From Terriglobia bacterium (GTDB lineage Bacteria; Acidobacteriota; Polarisedimenticolia; Polarisedimenticolales; JAIQFR01), in the NCBI GenBank assembly GCA_963748015.1, contig CAVVHE010000004.1, positions 1,472,001 to 1,536,000 of the forward strand: DNA of 64,000 nucleotides. The letters are read 5' to 3'. Below are positions 10,118 through 19,829 of this stretch, in pieces; the stretch's first letter is position 1, and the number at the start of each line of letters is the position of its first letter. The notes beneath the pieces are model-generated. The model had not been told where the DNA came from, searched no databases, and saw only the letters and a list, made by a program, of their open reading frames with translations. The position numbers and the translations under genes are program-made.

Positions 10118-11272
10118 CTACTCGGAAATCGTGATGTTGCCGTTGACCGTCGCGATCTTCACCTTCTTGCCGCCGCCGTTCGCGGCGCCCGCGAGTCGGA
10201 TGTACTTCCGCGGCGAGCCCGAGGCGTAGTCCCAGTCGGGGCTGACGCTCGGCTTCAGGCCGCCGGGGGCCGTGATCCGGAAGTTCTGGCCGCTGTTGCG
10301 GGTGTAGGCGATCTCGAGATCGAGGTCCATGCCGAAGCCCTTCGGAACCCGCAGCGTCATGTCCCCGCCCATCGAGCTCAGGGTCACGTCGCCGCCGCCG
10401 CCGGTCACGGTCACGACGACGTCGCCTCCCATCGTGGTCGCCTCGACCCAGCCGTCCACGGTGGCGATCTCGATGTCGCCGCCCATGGTCTTCGCGCGGA
10501 CGAACCGGCGAGCGTTCTTCACCGAGATGTCCCCCCCCATGGTGTGGAGGTCCGCCCCCTCGGGAGCGTCGTCGATCTCGATCTCGCCCCCCATGGTGGA
10601 GATCTGGACGGTGTCGGGAGCGACCTCGCCCGGTCCCTTTCCGGTGTGGTCGGGGGACGCCGCCCGGCCGTCGCGCAGGCGGACGTTCTTGTAGCGAACC
10701 GCCCCGCCCATCGAGCTCCCCTTCACGTCGCCCACGACGTTCTCGAGCGTGACCTCGCCGCCCATGGTCTTGAGGCGGCCGTCCAGGGTCGAGTCCTTGA
10801 CCTCGATCTCCCCGCCCATCGTGGTGAGCTCCGCCTCCCCCTTGACGTCGTGCAGCGTGATCTCCCCTCCCATCGTCTCGCCGGTGAACTTCCCGTCGAC
10901 GCCCACGATCGCGAGCTCGCCGCCCATGGAATTGATGACCACGTCGAAGGCGCGTGGGACGCGGATCGCGAGATCGATGTCCGCGTGCTGCTTTTTCTTC
11001 CCTTCCTTGAACCGGGTCGAGATCTTCACGCCGCCCTTCGACTCGTCGAAGGCGATGTCGCACTCGGGGTCGCACGACAGCTCGTAGGTCACCGCGACCG
11101 CCGACCCGCCGTCTCCCGTGATCTTGACCGATCCGCCGGCCTTGAGGTCGAGCGTCAGCTGGCCGCCGGCGGCGGCGGGAAACTCCCGCTTGACCGGCCC
11201 GGAGCCGCCCGCGGCGGCCGGGAACATCGCGCAGGCGAGGGTGACGACGGCAACGATCGCGTTCCTGAGCAT
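10118..11272 (-). CDS. Secreted DUF4097-like beta-strand-repeat protein
   Basis: Signal peptide; ten (T/S)MGG repeats; C-terminal TVNGNITI. Confidence 0.8.
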   Translation of the reverse strand: MLRNAIVAVVTLACAMFPAAAGGSGPVKREFPAAAGGQLTLDLKAGGSVKITGDGGSAVAVTYELSCDPECDIAFDESKGGVKISTRFKEGKKKQHADIDLAIRVPRAFDVVINSMGGELAIVGVDGKFTGETMGGEITLHDVKGEAELTTMGGEIEVKDSTLDGRLKTMGGEVTLENVVGDVKGSSMGGAVRYKNVRLRDGRAASPDHTGKGPGEVAPDTVQISTMGGEIEIDDAPEGADLHTMGGDISVKNARRFVRAKTMGGDIEIATVDGWVEATTMGGDVVVTVTGGGGDVTLSSMGGDMTLRVPKGFGMDLDLEIAYTRNSGQNFRITAPGGLKPSVSPDWDYASGSPRKYIRLAGAANGGGKKVKIATVNGNITISE

Positions 11273-11315
11273 GGTTCACTCCTTCGGCGCGGCGCGCATC
11301 GCCGCGCGCCTCGAA

Positions 11316-12272
11316 TCAAAGTCGTTTCTCGTACTCGGCCAGGCGGACCCGGAGGGCCTCGTCCCCGGGCCGCGGCTTCTCGCGAATCGCCTCCCGGATG
11401 CGGCCGCGATCGACGCTGTGGGCCGCGAGCGCGTCGAGCGCCAGAAGGCGCATCTGGACGGCATCGTCGTCGCGCAGCGCGGCGAGGACGGCGGCCTCGA
11501 CCTCCGAATCGTCCAGCCGGTCGGACAGCGCCGCCAGCGCCCCGAGGCGCACCGCGAGGCTCGGGTCGCGTCGCAGCGCGACGAGCAGCGCCGCCTTCGT
11601 CTTGGGCGTCATGCGGAACGACGTCAGCGACATCGCCTTGAGGCGGGTGCCGGTGCTCGACGGGTCGAGCAGCGCCTGGGCCAGGACGTCCTGGACCAGC
11701 TCGGATCCCAGCCGCTCCACGACCTGCACGTGCGTCGTGAGGTCGAAGTCGAGGGCCACCCTGTCGTCCTCCACGCGGCGGAACGACACGTCGGAGTAGG
11801 TGAACCGCGAGTCGGCGACGTCCGTCAGCACCCGGTTCGAGACGGCGTCGGCGCGGATCGCGGCGACGAGACGCTGCGTGAGCCCGGGGCCGATGTCCGG
11901 GGGGGACGTTCCCGCCGAGTTGAGCCCGGCGACGAGCCCGGCCGTGAAGAGGACCGCCCCCGCGAACGTCGCGGCGGCGGCGTACGGGATCCATCCGAGC
12001 CACCGGCGGGAGGGCGCCCTCGTCCCTTCGATCCGGCCGCCCGGGCGGCGATCGAGGAGGCGCAGGACGCGGGCCTCGGTTTCCTCCAGCTCGGCGGCGT
12101 CCGGCTGCGGGGCCCGGGAGGCGAGAGCCGCCAGGTCGCGGTGCAGCTCCAGGAGCCGGCGGCAGCTCTCGCAGTCGCGGCAGTGCGCGAGCAGCGGGCC
12201 GAGCGCGCGATCGTCCAGCTCGCCGGCTATGTAGGCTTCAAGGGTCGGTTCGAGCTTCTCGCACGCGTTCAT
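11316..12272 (-). CDS. Zinc-finger (ZAS/zf-HC2) anti-sigma factor with TM segment and HEAT repeats
   Basis: C...HCRDCESC motif, central TM segment, C-terminal HEAT-like repeats; overlaps the sigma factor stop. Confidence 0.85.
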   Translation of the reverse strand: MNACEKLEPTLEAYIAGELDDRALGPLLAHCRDCESCRRLLELHRDLAALASRAPQPDAAELEETEARVLRLLDRRPGGRIEGTRAPSRRWLGWIPYAAAATFAGAVLFTAGLVAGLNSAGTSPPDIGPGLTQRLVAAIRADAVSNRVLTDVADSRFTYSDVSFRRVEDDRVALDFDLTTHVQVVERLGSELVQDVLAQALLDPSSTGTRLKAMSLTSFRMTPKTKAALLVALRRDPSLAVRLGALAALSDRLDDSEVEAAVLAALRDDDAVQMRLLALDALAAHSVDRGRIREAIREKPRPGDEALRVRLAEYEKRL

Positions 12273-12820
12273 GACAGCGACTCCTCGGTCTCGACCAGGA
12301 CGGACTGGAGCTTGCGAAGGCTGCGGAAGAGGATGTTGCGCGCCGTCCCCTCGCTGCACTCGAGCACGGCTCCGATCTCGCGGGCGGACATCCCCTGGAA
12401 GTAGCGCAGGACGACCGCCAGCCGCTGGCGGGGGGAGAGGGCCGACAACGACCGGTGCAGCGCGTCGCGGGCTTCTCGCTCGAGGAGTCTCTCCTCCTGC
12501 GGCGGGTCGGACCGCACGAAGACCGACTCGTCGAGGTCGCAGGTGGGATGGCGCCGCGTCGAGCGGCTCCAGTTCAACCCCTCGTTGGCCGCGATCCTCG
12601 CGATCCAGTTCCGGAGCTCCCCCTCCTCGCGCCATTCGCGGAGCCGGGCGTGGACCTTGAGAAACGTCTCCTGGGCAACGTCCATGGCGCTCTCGCGATC
12701 CCCCGTGAACCCGTGGGCGATGCGGTGGACCAGGCGGCCGTACCGCCGCATCAGCCGCTCGAACGCCACGTTCGAGCCCGCGAGGATCTCGGTCACAAGA
12801 TCGCGGTCGCTGAAGTCCAC
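12269..12820 (-). CDS. ECF RNA polymerase sigma factor
   Basis: AMDVAQETFLKVH, WIARIAAN, LSPRQRLAVVLRYFQGMSAREIG. Start chosen at GTG (MDFSD). Confidence 0.9.
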   Translation of the reverse strand: MDFSDRDLVTEILAGSNVAFERLMRRYGRLVHRIAHGFTGDRESAMDVAQETFLKVHARLREWREEGELRNWIARIAANEGLNWSRSTRRHPTCDLDESVFVRSDPPQEERLLEREARDALHRSLSALSPRQRLAVVLRYFQGMSAREIGAVLECSEGTARNILFRSLRKLQSVLVETEESLS

Positions 12821-12893
12821 GGCTCTCTCCGGGTCATAAGGACACCGCGGGGGGACGTCCGTTAGCACGACGCGAGCGGGACGGCTGCTTCCG

Positions 12894-14054
12894 CTAGTTT
12901 GCCAGGCCCTCTTCCAGGCGACGCAGGGCCTCGCGGAGGGTCTCCTCGCGCTTGCAGAACGAGAAGCGGACGATGCTGCGCCCGCGCTCGGGCTCGGAGT
13001 AGAACGACGAGCCGGGGACGCAGCCGACTCGGATCTCCTCGACGAGGCGCCGCGCGAACGCGGCGTCGTCCGTGATGCCCAGCCCCTTCGCGTCGGCGAG
13101 GACGTAGTACGCGCCGCGGGGAGCGGCGCAGTCGAAGCCGATGTCCGCGAGCCCGGTCACGAGGAGGTCCCTGCGCGCGCGGTATCCCGCGGCCAGCTCG
13201 ACGTAGTAGTCGTCCGGGAGCGCGAGCGCCGCCGTTCCGGCCTCCTGGAGCGGCGCGGGAGCGGCGACCGTCAGGAAGTCGTGGACCTTGCGGATCCCCG
13301 CCGTCAGCCCCGGGCTCGCGATCGCCCACCCCACCCGCCAACCGGTCACGGAGTAGGTCTTGGAGAGCGCGCCGATCGTGACCGTCCGGTCGGCCATGCC
13401 GGGCAGGGTGGCGATCGGCACGTGCTCGGCCCCGTCGTAGAGGATGTGCTCGTAGATCTCGTCGCTGAATACGACCACGTCCCACTTCCGGCAGAGGTCC
13501 GCGATCGCCGTCAGCTCCTCGCGGGAGAACACCTTCCCGGTGGGATTGTTGGGCGAGTTCAGGACGAGACCGCGCGTCCTCTCGTTGAACGCCAGCGCAA
13601 GCTCGTCGGGGTCGAAGGTCCAGTCCGGCGGCTTCAAGCGCACGAAGCGCGGCGAAGCGCCGGCCAGGATCGCGCCGGGGACGTAGTTCTCGTAGTAGGG
13701 CTCGAACACGACCAGCTCGTCCCCGGGATCGAGGACCGCGAGGATCGAGGCGATCATCGCCTCGGTCGAGCCGCAGGTGACCGTGATCTCCCGCGCGGAG
13801 TCGACCGTCATGCCGTAGCGCCGCTCGTACTTCCCGGCGATGGCCGCGCGCAGCGACGGCGACCCCCAGGTGATCGAGTACTGGTTGAAGTCCTCCGCGA
13901 TCGCGCGGCGCGCGGCTTCCTTGACGGCGTCCGGCGCCGGGAAGTCGGGGTATCCCTGGGCGAGGTTGATCGCGTCGTGGATCCGGCAGAGCCGGGTCAT
14001 CTCCCGGATGACGGACTCGGTGAATCGGCGGACCTTCTGGCTGACGTCGAGCAC
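12894..14054 (-). CDS. PLP-dependent aminotransferase, class I/II
   Basis: INLAQGYPDF, NSPNNPTG, SDEIYE, SKTYSVTGWRVG. Confidence 0.92.
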   Translation of the reverse strand: MLDVSQKVRRFTESVIREMTRLCRIHDAINLAQGYPDFPAPDAVKEAARRAIAEDFNQYSITWGSPSLRAAIAGKYERRYGMTVDSAREITVTCGSTEAMIASILAVLDPGDELVVFEPYYENYVPGAILAGASPRFVRLKPPDWTFDPDELALAFNERTRGLVLNSPNNPTGKVFSREELTAIADLCRKWDVVVFSDEIYEHILYDGAEHVPIATLPGMADRTVTIGALSKTYSVTGWRVGWAIASPGLTAGIRKVHDFLTVAAPAPLQEAGTAALALPDDYYVELAAGYRARRDLLVTGLADIGFDCAAPRGAYYVLADAKGLGITDDAAFARRLVEEIRVGCVPGSSFYSEPERGRSIVRFSFCKREETLREALRRLEEGLAN

Positions 14055-14076
14055 GCTCGGTGTCCCGTCCTGGACG

Positions 14077-14709
14077 CTAATTGTCCGCCCGACGGGCCGC
14101 CGTGCACAAGAGCGCCGCCTGCCGGCCCTCGGACGCGTCGAACCGGCGGATCCTCACGCCGTCGAACCCCGCGCGCCGCAGCCGGTATTGCAGCTCGATC
14201 TCGTGGAACCCGATCAGCTCGGGAGCGGACGGGTCTCCGGCGAGCCGCATGGGGATCATCGCCTCGCCCGCCGGCGTCGCGGGCACGATCGCGGCGAGCA
14301 GCCCGCCGTGGACCAGCGACCCGCGGACCTCGGCGAGGATGCGGTCCACGTCCTCGGGGCGCGGCCCGACGATCGAGTGGACCGCCACCGCCACGTCGAG
14401 CGAGTTGCGGAACGGCGCGAGGTCGCGCAGGTCCCGCCGGCGGAACGTGACGCCCCGCCCGACGGAAACGCGCCGTGCGAGGGCGAGGCTCGCGGGGGCG
14501 TAGTCCACCGCGATCACCTTCCCGAACTCCCGGGCGAGGAACGGGAGCAGCCGGCCCGTGCCGCAGCCGAGATCCGCCACGGTCTTGAGCCGGCGGCGGG
14601 GCACCCGGGCCAGCGCCTCGAGGAGGGACCGTTCGGCCGGAGAGCCGTCCTCCGCGCGGCCGCCGCGCCCCATCGTCCACGCGTCCCATTGCTCGGGTCC
14701 CCAGCGCAT
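14077..14709 (-). CDS. Class I SAM-dependent methyltransferase
   Basis: VADLGCGTG motif I, AVD motif, LVHGG. Confidence 0.8.
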   Translation of the reverse strand: MRWGPEQWDAWTMGRGGRAEDGSPAERSLLEALARVPRRRLKTVADLGCGTGRLLPFLAREFGKVIAVDYAPASLALARRVSVGRGVTFRRRDLRDLAPFRNSLDVAVAVHSIVGPRPEDVDRILAEVRGSLVHGGLLAAIVPATPAGEAMIPMRLAGDPSAPELIGFHEIELQYRLRRAGFDGVRIRRFDASEGRQAALLCTAARRADN

Positions 14710-14764
14710 TCCGGCCTCCGCCCTCGAATCTAGTTCCCGCCGCGCGGCCGGACCACACGGGGGG

Positions 14765-16018
14765 TCAGCTCAGGAGGTTGGCCAGGAATTCCCGGTTGGT
14801 CGGGTAGCGCGAGAGCCGGTCGGTCAGGAGCTGCATCGCCTCGGCGGCCTTGAGCCCCGCCAGCGCCCGCCTCAGGAGGGTGACCCGAGGCAGCTCCTCG
14901 GCGGTGAACAGCTTCTCCTCTTTCCGCGTGCCGCTCTTCGAGATGTCGATGGCCGGGAAGATCCGGCGGTCGAACAGCCCCCGGTCCATCACGATCTCCG
15001 TGTTTCCGGTCCCCTTGAACTCCTGGAAGATCACCTCGTCCATCCTGGAGCCGGTGTCCACGAGGGCGGTGCCGATCACGGTGAGCGACCCGCCGCCGAC
15101 CACCTTGCGCGCCGCCCCGAAGAACTTCCTCGGCTTCTCCATCGTGCGCGCGTCGATCCCGCCGGAGAGCACGCGCCCCGAGCTGCGCTGCTCGGTGTTG
15201 TAGGCGCGGGAGAGGCGGGTGATCGAGTCCAGGAGGACCACCGCGTCGCGCCCGGCCTCGACGATCTTCTTCGCCCGCTCGATCGCGATCTCGGCGACCT
15301 CGAGATGGGCCTTCGCCAGCTCGTCGGAAGAGGACGCGATCACCTCGCCCCGCACCGAGCGGCGCATGTCCGTGACCTCCTCCGGCCGCTCGTCCACGAG
15401 GAGCACGATCAGGTGGATCTCCGGGTGGTTCACGCTGATCGAGTGAGCCATCTTCTGGAGGAGGACGGTCTTGCCGGCCTTCGGCGGCGCGACGATGAGG
15501 CAGCGCTGCCCCTTCCCGATCGGCGTGACGAGGTCCACCACGCGCGTCGAGAGCTCCGACGGATCGCACTCGAGCCGGATCCTCTCGGTCGGGTCCTCGG
15601 CGACCAGGCTGCGGAAGGGCGTCCGCTTCGCCCACGCCTCGGGAGCGCCGCCGTGGATCGCCCTCACCTCCTGCAGCCAGGGAGACTGCCCGGGCCGCGC
15701 CGACGGCACCGCGAGCCCCACTAGCTCGACCCCCGTCTCGAGCCCGAGGCGCGCGACGATCTCGCGCGGAACGATCGCGTCCTCCGGCTGCGCGTTGAAA
15801 TCGGCGGACGGCGAACGGAGGAAACCGTGCCCCGCGGCAACGACGTGCAGCACGCCGGTCACCTCGAGGCTCGCGATCCCCGGCGGCGGCGCGGCGGGCG
15901 GCCTGGCGTGCTGGGAAGCGGCGGCCGGCGGGCCTCCTCCACCCGGCCGGCGTCCCCGGCGTCTCGACCGCCTTCGCGGGCCCGGACCCGGCCCGTGGCC
16001 TCCTTGTCCATGCAGCAT
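14765..16018 (-). CDS. rho: Transcription termination factor Rho
   Basis: GFLRS, PIGKGQRCLIVAPPKAGKT, DERPEEVTDM, LDSITRL, FKGTGNTE, SGTRKEEKL. Start is uncertain (ATG 16018 chosen). Confidence 0.93.
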   Translation of the reverse strand: MLHGQGGHGPGPGPRRRSRRRGRRPGGGGPPAAASQHARPPAAPPPGIASLEVTGVLHVVAAGHGFLRSPSADFNAQPEDAIVPREIVARLGLETGVELVGLAVPSARPGQSPWLQEVRAIHGGAPEAWAKRTPFRSLVAEDPTERIRLECDPSELSTRVVDLVTPIGKGQRCLIVAPPKAGKTVLLQKMAHSISVNHPEIHLIVLLVDERPEEVTDMRRSVRGEVIASSSDELAKAHLEVAEIAIERAKKIVEAGRDAVVLLDSITRLSRAYNTEQRSSGRVLSGGIDARTMEKPRKFFGAARKVVGGGSLTVIGTALVDTGSRMDEVIFQEFKGTGNTEIVMDRGLFDRRIFPAIDISKSGTRKEEKLFTAEELPRVTLLRRALAGLKAAEAMQLLTDRLSRYPTNREFLANLLS

Positions 16019-16041
16019 GTCGTGGGCTCTCCGCTTCCCCG

Positions 16042-16512
16042 TCAGCCGCGAGCTTCGTCCGAGACCGCCTCGACGATCTCCGCGGCGAACAGGATCAGGA
16101 TCTCGGCCGCGAGATCGAGCTCGCGCCCCGCGTCGGTGCGCGCGATCTCGAATCCGCTTTCGGAAGGATGGGCCACGAGGTAGGCCCCCGAAACCTCCCA
16201 TCCCGTCAACTCGAATCGCGTGACGGCCGCTCCGCGCCGCACGACGCGGAACAGCCGGCCATCGGGCGCCAGCAGGTTGCTCGGCGGACCTTCGCGGCCC
16301 GCTTCCCGCGTGGTGCGGGCCGGCCCGCCGCCCTGGGTCCCGCCAAGCAGGAAGCCCCCCGGGTACGCGCCGTCCCTCGTGAGCGTCCAGCTGGGCCCTT
16401 CCGGACCCTGTCGGACCACCCACCCGTCGCCCTCGGGATCCGCGACGAGCGGCACCACGCCGCCACCCGTGTCGATCCGGAAGCCACCTTCCCGCGTCGT
16501 GACGAGTCTCAT
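16042..16512 (-). CDS. Hypothetical protein
   Basis: C-terminal part of ORF 16042..17430 reads as a normal protein from MRLVTT; co-oriented with rho. Confidence 0.5.
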   Translation of the reverse strand: MRLVTTREGGFRIDTGGGVVPLVADPEGDGWVVRQGPEGPSWTLTRDGAYPGGFLLGGTQGGGPARTTREAGREGPPSNLLAPDGRLFRVVRRGAAVTRFELTGWEVSGAYLVAHPSESGFEIARTDAGRELDLAAEILILFAAEIVEAVSDEARG

Positions 16513-16640
16513 CGTGGTGGAAGCAACAGCATGGATCTCGCGGGCCGGCTCCGGATGGGCATCGGGCGACGCGCCCCGCCCTCGGGTCGAATCGGAGACC
16601 GGAGTATACACCGACCCCGCGGGCCGGCCGTCTCTAGTGC

Positions 16641-17453
16641 TCACCGCGGCGTCCCGGCGACCGGCTTCGCGGCCGGAGGCTGCGGCCGCTGCCCCGGGAG
16701 AACCGACCCCGCCGGGGCCGCCTCCGCCGGCAGCGCCTCCTCCGGCTCGGCAACGCCGGTCCGGCGCAATTCGCGCAGCGCGGCGGCCGCGGATGCCCGC
16801 ACGAACTCGTTCGCGTCGGAGAGCGCCGCCTTCGCGGGAGCGTACGCATCGCTCGACGACGTCCGCCCCAGAGCCTCGGTGGCGGCGGCCCGAACCTCCC
16901 AGGAATTCTCCGTCGCCGAGAGTCTCGCCAGCGCCTCGACCGCCGGCGCCGGACCGAGGCGCATCACCGCGCCGACCGCCGCGAGCCGGACCTGCGACGA
17001 GGCGTCGTCGAGCGCCCCGGCGATCTCCGCCGCGCTCCCCGCCGCCGCGAGCGTGCCCACCGCCTCGACCGCGCCGCGCCGCGCCCGCCAGTCGGCATCC
17101 CCGAGCGCGACGCGAACGAGAAGCGGCACCGCCTCGGCGTCCCGGAGATCGAGGAGGCAGGCGGCCGCCGTGGCCCGTACCCCGCCGTCGGGATCGCCCA
17201 GCGCGGCGCGGGCCCGCTCCTTCGCGTCGGGTGTCCCGAGCCTCACGAGCGCCGCGAGCGCGCCGGCACGAACCGGCGCGTCCTCGTCGCCGAGGCTCTC
17301 GCGGATGCGGTCCACGTGTTTCGCGGTCGGCTGGCGCTCCCACTCGATGATCCGCGCGACGCGGCTCTCGACCCCCGGGCGGCAAGACCCGGAAAACGCC
17401 ACCGCGAAGACGACTATCCAGACAGACCATCGTCGGCTCGACGTAGTCGTCAT
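16641..17453 (-). CDS. HEAT-repeat putative lipoprotein
   Basis: Hydrophobic signal ending SGSC; repeated VRxxAxxAL HEAT units. Confidence 0.75.
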   Translation of the reverse strand: MTTTSSRRWSVWIVVFAVAFSGSCRPGVESRVARIIEWERQPTAKHVDRIRESLGDEDAPVRAGALAALVRLGTPDAKERARAALGDPDGGVRATAAACLLDLRDAEAVPLLVRVALGDADWRARRGAVEAVGTLAAAGSAAEIAGALDDASSQVRLAAVGAVMRLGPAPAVEALARLSATENSWEVRAAATEALGRTSSSDAYAPAKAALSDANEFVRASAAAALRELRRTGVAEPEEALPAEAAPAGSVLPGQRPQPPAAKPVAGTPR

Positions 17454-17578
17454 ATCAGATTGCCGCATTGCGCATAGTTACGATTGCGATACGAATTCAT
17501 ATGCGAGAAATTTGTTGCATGCGAACAACTCCATGCGTACATCTTTCACTGGAAGAACAAATACGAGGGCAATGACAT

Positions 17579-18088
17579 ATGCCTATCCTAAACTGCGAAG
17601 TCCACTTCAGAAAAGGCCTCGTAGCCCTCTCCGCGGAACGGTACGCCGAGGCCGCGGAACAGTTCAAGCAGGCGATCCTCATCGAGCGGCAGCGCAGCGC
17701 GCCGAGGCCGCAGATGCGGTACGTCTCTTACTACGGGCTCGCGAAGGCGCTCGCAGACGGCGCGACCCCCGACGCGATCCAGGCGTGCGAGCGCGCCGCG
17801 AGGCTCGATTTCTACAACCCCGATCTTCAGCTCAACCTCGGCAAGGTGTACCTCTTGGCCGAGAAGACCACCCGGGCCCTCGTGGCGTTCGAGCGCGGGC
17901 TTCGCCTCGCCCCGAGGCATCCTGCCCTCATCGCCGCGATGGCGAAGGTGGACCGCCGAGGCCGCTCCGTCCTTCCGTTCCTCAAGAGGTCGCATCCGTT
18001 GAATCGCTGGCTCGGCAAGTTGACGCACACGGCGCTGAGCCGGTCACCTCTCGGCACTTCTCGTCGCCGCACGGTTACCCCCTCCTGA
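17579..18088 (+). CDS. TPR protein
   Basis: HFRKGLVAL...YAEAAEQF, YNPDLQLNLGKVYL...FERGLRLAP. Confidence 0.75.
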   Translation: MPILNCEVHFRKGLVALSAERYAEAAEQFKQAILIERQRSAPRPQMRYVSYYGLAKALADGATPDAIQACERAARLDFYNPDLQLNLGKVYLLAEKTTRALVAFERGLRLAPRHPALIAAMAKVDRRGRSVLPFLKRSHPLNRWLGKLTHTALSRSPLGTSRRRTVTPS

Positions 18089-18142
18089 TCGCGCGGCGGC
18101 CTCTCTCCTCCCCTTGCGGAGCCGCCCGGAAGCGGCGGCTCC

Positions 18143-18174
18143 CGGGCGGCCGCGGTGGCCGCCCGTTTTTTTTT
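18143..18174 (+). terminator. Intrinsic terminator
   Basis: cgggcggcc-gcggt-ggccgcccg followed by a T run, with a second GC hairpin immediately upstream (18118-18142). Confidence 0.85.
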
Positions 18175-18917
18175 CAGGACCGGTCGCGCTGGAGCCTGAA
18201 GGCGATGTAGCGCTGCGAAGCGTCGACCGCGCGCCGGAGCGTCTCGCCCCGCGCGAGGAACGCGGTGAGCGCGATCGCGTGGACCCCGCCGAGGCCGGCC
18301 AACCTGGGCGCCGCGATGCGCGGCGCGTCGAAGACGGCGACGGGTCCCCCGTCGTCCAGCAGGTCGAGCACGCGGCTTCCCGAGGCGGCCCCCGCGACGA
18401 GGACCGACCGGGCCCCCTGCTGGCGGAGCAGGGAAGCGCCGCGCTTGATCGCTTCCAGGTCTCGCCCCCGCTCTCCCGCGAGGAGCGGAAGGTCGCCCGC
18501 GCGCACGAGCAGCACCTCGGCGAGAGGGAACAGCAGCCGGCGCATCGCCTCGAGCGTCGAGTCGTCGAGGATCCGCGTCCCCCCGACGCGCACGACCGGC
18601 GCGACGACGACCGGACCCACGCCGCACTGGCGGATCAAGGTCGCGACCAACTCCACCTGGAGAGCATCGCGCAGGATCCCCGTGCGCGCCGCCCGCGGCC
18701 TCGCGGTCTCCGCGATCGATTCGAACTGCTCGGCGACCAGGGAGAGCGAGAGCCCCTCGAGCGCCCCGACGCCGGACGGGGTCGCGACGAGCACCGAGGT
18801 CACGACCTGCACCGCGCGGCAGTGGAGGTCGGAGAGGGCCGCGGCGTCGGCGGTCACGCCCTCGTCGCCCTGGGTGTCCACGGCATGGATCGTGAGGACG
18901 ACCGGCTCCGCGCTCAC
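18174..18917 (-). CDS. ThiD-like (HMP/HMP-P kinase family) protein with degenerate motifs
   Basis: Overall colinearity with ThiD (VLTI..D..G..G..AD; LFPLAEVL; GARSVLV; LARGETL..AV..SQ.YI), but canonical motifs are altered. Confidence 0.7.
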   Translation of the reverse strand: MSAEPVVLTIHAVDTQGDEGVTADAAALSDLHCRAVQVVTSVLVATPSGVGALEGLSLSLVAEQFESIAETARPRAARTGILRDALQVELVATLIRQCGVGPVVVAPVVRVGGTRILDDSTLEAMRRLLFPLAEVLLVRAGDLPLLAGERGRDLEAIKRGASLLRQQGARSVLVAGAASGSRVLDLLDDGGPVAVFDAPRIAAPRLAGLGGVHAIALTAFLARGETLRRAVDASQRYIAFRLQRDRS

Positions 18918-19174
18918 TGCAACCCTCCCTTGCCCTCCCGCCGGACCTCGCGCCAGAACGCGGCGGCCTCGGCGGCCGCGACGGCGAGATCGAGGAGGCC
19001 GATGCCGCTGACCACGCCCCGCGTGAAGCCGCTCCTCGCCCACAGGGCGGCGCCGGTCGGGAGCAGGAACCGCGTCCCCTCGTCCCAGATCTCGGTCCAG
19101 GGCGCCCACGCGAGGAACACGCCGAGCACGCCGAACACGTAGACCGCGAGGACCGGCCGGATCCGGTCGGTCAA
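18914..19174 (-). CDS. Small two-TM membrane protein
   Basis: Hydrophobic; LAWAPWTEIW...RGVVSGIG; overlaps both neighbours. Confidence 0.65.
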   Translation of the reverse strand: MTDRIRPVLAVYVFGVLGVFLAWAPWTEIWDEGTRFLLPTGAALWARSGFTRGVVSGIGLLDLAVAAAEAAAFWREVRREGKGGLQ

Positions 19175-19728
19175 GCGCTCTCCGCCCCTTCGAAGATCTC
19201 CGACCGGCGGTAGAGCGGGTAGAAGGGCCAGGGCGAGAGCTTCTCGGTCCCCCCCTCCTCGCGATCCACGAGGCAGACGACGGCGACGACGGTCAGCCCG
19301 GCCTCGAGCGCGGCGTCGATCGCCTTGAGCGTCGAGCCCGCGGTCGTCACCACGTCGTCCACGATGACCACCTTCGAGCCCGCGGCGACCTCTCCCTCGA
19401 TGCGGCGGCCGGTGCCGTGCTCCTTCGCCTCCTTCCGGACGATGAAGGCGCGCATCGGCGGCCCGTCGACGAAGCTGAGCGCGGCCACGGGACAGACGAT
19501 CGGGTCCGCGCCGAGGGTCAGGCCGCCGATCGCGTCGGCCCGGATTCCGTTCTCGCGCAGCGTCCTCAGGATCTCCCGCGCCGCGAGGTAGGCCCCTTCG
19601 GGCAGGAGCGTGGTCTTCTTCGAGTCGAAGTAGTACTTGCTCTTCCGCCCCGAAGCCAGGGTGAAGTCGCCGAACATCAGCGAGTGCTTCTTCAGGAGTT
19701 CCTTGAGCCGTTCGCGGTCCGTCGCCAT
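19171..19728 (-). CDS. pyrE: Orotate phosphoribosyltransferase
   Basis: GDFTLASGRKSKYYFD, GGLTLGADP, RKEAKEHG, VDDVVTTAGS. Confidence 0.95.
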   Translation of the reverse strand: MATDRERLKELLKKHSLMFGDFTLASGRKSKYYFDSKKTTLLPEGAYLAAREILRTLRENGIRADAIGGLTLGADPIVCPVAALSFVDGPPMRAFIVRKEAKEHGTGRRIEGEVAAGSKVVIVDDVVTTAGSTLKAIDAALEAGLTVVAVVCLVDREEGGTEKLSPWPFYPLYRRSEIFEGAESA

Positions 19729-19829
19729 GCGTGACCTCCCCAATCGCGCGAGCAATATAGCAGGAGCTTGACCTTCCGCGGTCCGGCTCCCATCATTGTC
19801 CGGGGTCCATCTCTCGAGAGGCGTCCACG

